Origin: Bacteroidales bacterium
Lineage (GTDB): Bacteria; Bacteroidota; Bacteroidia; Bacteroidales; CAIWKO01
DNA length: 64,000 nucleotides
NCBI GenBank assembly: GCA_035389045.1
Contig: DAOORA010000016.1
Span: 1-64,000 of the forward strand
Direction: 5' to 3'
In this document: positions 62,841 through 64,000 of the stretch, piece after piece
Layout: the number at the start of each line of letters is the position of its first letter
Position numbering within the stretch: position 1 is the first letter of the stretch
Translations under genes and position numbers: made by a program
The notes under the pieces: model-generated
What the model was told of the DNA's origin: nothing
The model's input: the letters and a program-made list of their open reading frames with translations, nothing else
Database searches by the model: none

Positions 62841-63359
62841 TTAACCATTAAATACCTGGCTCAGTGGAATACCTCTTAACTGTGACACGGTATATGGATC
62901 TTTCATATTTATCAAAGCGTCCATCGTTGCTTTCACCACACTGTGCGGATTGGATGAGCCTTTGGATTTTGCCAGAACGTTTTTTACGCCGACGCTTTCC
63001 AGTACTGCACGCATAGCGCCACCGGCGATAACTCCGGTACCGGGCGAAGCAGGCTTCAGAAAAACGTAAGCGCCACTAAATTTGCCATACTGTTCGTGAG
63101 GTACGGTACCATTAAAGACGGGCACTTTAATAAGGTTTTTCTTGGCATCATCAATACCCTTGGCAATAGCTGCGGTAACTTCCTTGGCTTTTCCGAGGCC
63201 ATAACCCACAACACCATTCTCATTGCCGACAACAACTATAGCCGAAAAGCTAAAAGTTCTGCCGCCCTTTGTAACCTTTGTTACCCTCTGGATACTGACT
63301 AATCGGTCTTTGAATTCGATCTCGCTTGACTTAACTCTTTTGATGTTTGCGTTTGACAT
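62841..63359 (-). CDS. rpsE: 30S ribosomal protein S5
   Basis: Motifs [10 protein letters not shown] and PGTGVIAGG. Confidence 0.98.
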   Translation of the reverse strand: MSNANIKRVKSSEIEFKDRLVSIQRVTKVTKGGRTFSFSAIVVVGNENGVVGYGLGKAKEVTAAIAKGIDDAKKNLIKVPVFNGTVPHEQYGKFSGAYVFLKPASPGTGVIAGGAMRAVLESVGVKNVLAKSKGSSNPHSVVKATMDALINMKDPYTVSQLRGIPLSQVFNG

Positions 63360-63365
63360 ATATTA

Positions 63366-63728
63366 TTAAAATTTTAAACCAGCTTCTCTTGCTGAATCAG
63401 CTAATGATTTTACTCTACCATGATATAAGTATCCGCCTCTGTCGAATACAACAGCGCTCAAGCCGGCTTCAATTGCTTTCTGGGCTATTGCTTTGCCAAC
63501 CATCTTTGCTTTTTCTTTTTTGTCGACCTTTGCAGCCTGTATTTCCGGATCAAGTGAAGAGGCGGCTGCCAGCGTTTTGCCCTGTGCATCATCGATCAGT
63601 TGCACATAAATGCTTGTATTGCTTCTGAATATGGACATCCTGGGGCGTTCTGCCGTACCCTGCACGATCTTTCTGATCCGCTGCCGTATTCTGAACCTTC
63701 TGTATTCTTTATGATTTTTAATAGCCAT
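63366..63728 (-). CDS. rplR: 50S ribosomal protein L18
   Basis: Motifs RPR.S.FRS and FDRGGY.YHGRV. Confidence 0.97.
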   Translation of the reverse strand: MAIKNHKEYRRFRIRQRIRKIVQGTAERPRMSIFRSNTSIYVQLIDDAQGKTLAAASSLDPEIQAAKVDKKEKAKMVGKAIAQKAIEAGLSAVVFDRGGYLYHGRVKSLADSAREAGLKF

Positions 63729-63754
63729 TACTCAATGAGTTTTAATGTTTTACA

Positions 63755-64000
63755 TTATTTTTGTACGGCTGACTTGCCGGCTTTCTTTCTTATTTCCTCA
63801 TTCTGGAACCGGATACCTTTTCCTTTGTAAGGTTCTGGTTTTCTCAGCGATCTGATCTTTGATGCCACCTGTCCAATCAATTGTTTATCAATAGATTCAA
63901 GTATGATCGTTGGGGGTTTCCCTCTTTCGTTGATGGTGGAAACTTTCACTTCGGGGGGCATCTGCAAGAATATGTTATGTGAATATCCCAAAGCGAGTTC
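63755..64000 (-). CDS. rplF: 50S ribosomal protein L6 (partial, runs off the window)
   Basis: Motif RKPEPYKGKGIR. Confidence 0.95.
   Translation of the reverse strand, partial: ELALGYSHNIFLQMPPEVKVSTINERGKPPTIILESIDKQLIGQVASKIRSLRKPEPYKGKGIRFQNEEIRKKAGKSAVQK

Overview
This window looks like Bacteroidota (Bacteroidales-like) chromosome, judged from several T9SS C-terminal-domain proteins, TAnnTTTG (-7) promoter boxes and a Bacteroidota-type spc/alpha ribosomal operon. Positions 1-6000 are rearranged: a 607-bp duplicate of the 3' end of an mpl/murC-like gene, a truncated beta-barrel gene, a T9SS protein and an IS630 nested inside an IS1595 remnant. Positions 6-31 kb hold housekeeping and envelope genes (tnaA, mntP, queD, fhs, cysDN, ktrAB, then thiF-thiS running into a surface-glycan operon). 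The most notable region is 31.6-42.9 kb, where eight co-oriented minus-strand accessory genes are separated by attC-like imperfect hairpins (RYYYAAC...GTTRRRY). Several cassettes begin with a sequence complementary to their own downstream R'' site. The array is headed by an attI-like simple site with divergent promoter boxes, but no integrase is present in the window. It also carries two group II intron 3' ends, an IS91-type transposase tail, a duplicated promoter module, a MITE and micro-palindromic inserts. Positions 43-64 kb hold a large repeat-containing T9SS protein, ispH, a DnaJ/CbpA protein, mtnP, an M43 protease, eno and the rplF-to-rplQ ribosomal operon. All calls are by eye from the sequence and the ORF track; no searches were run.
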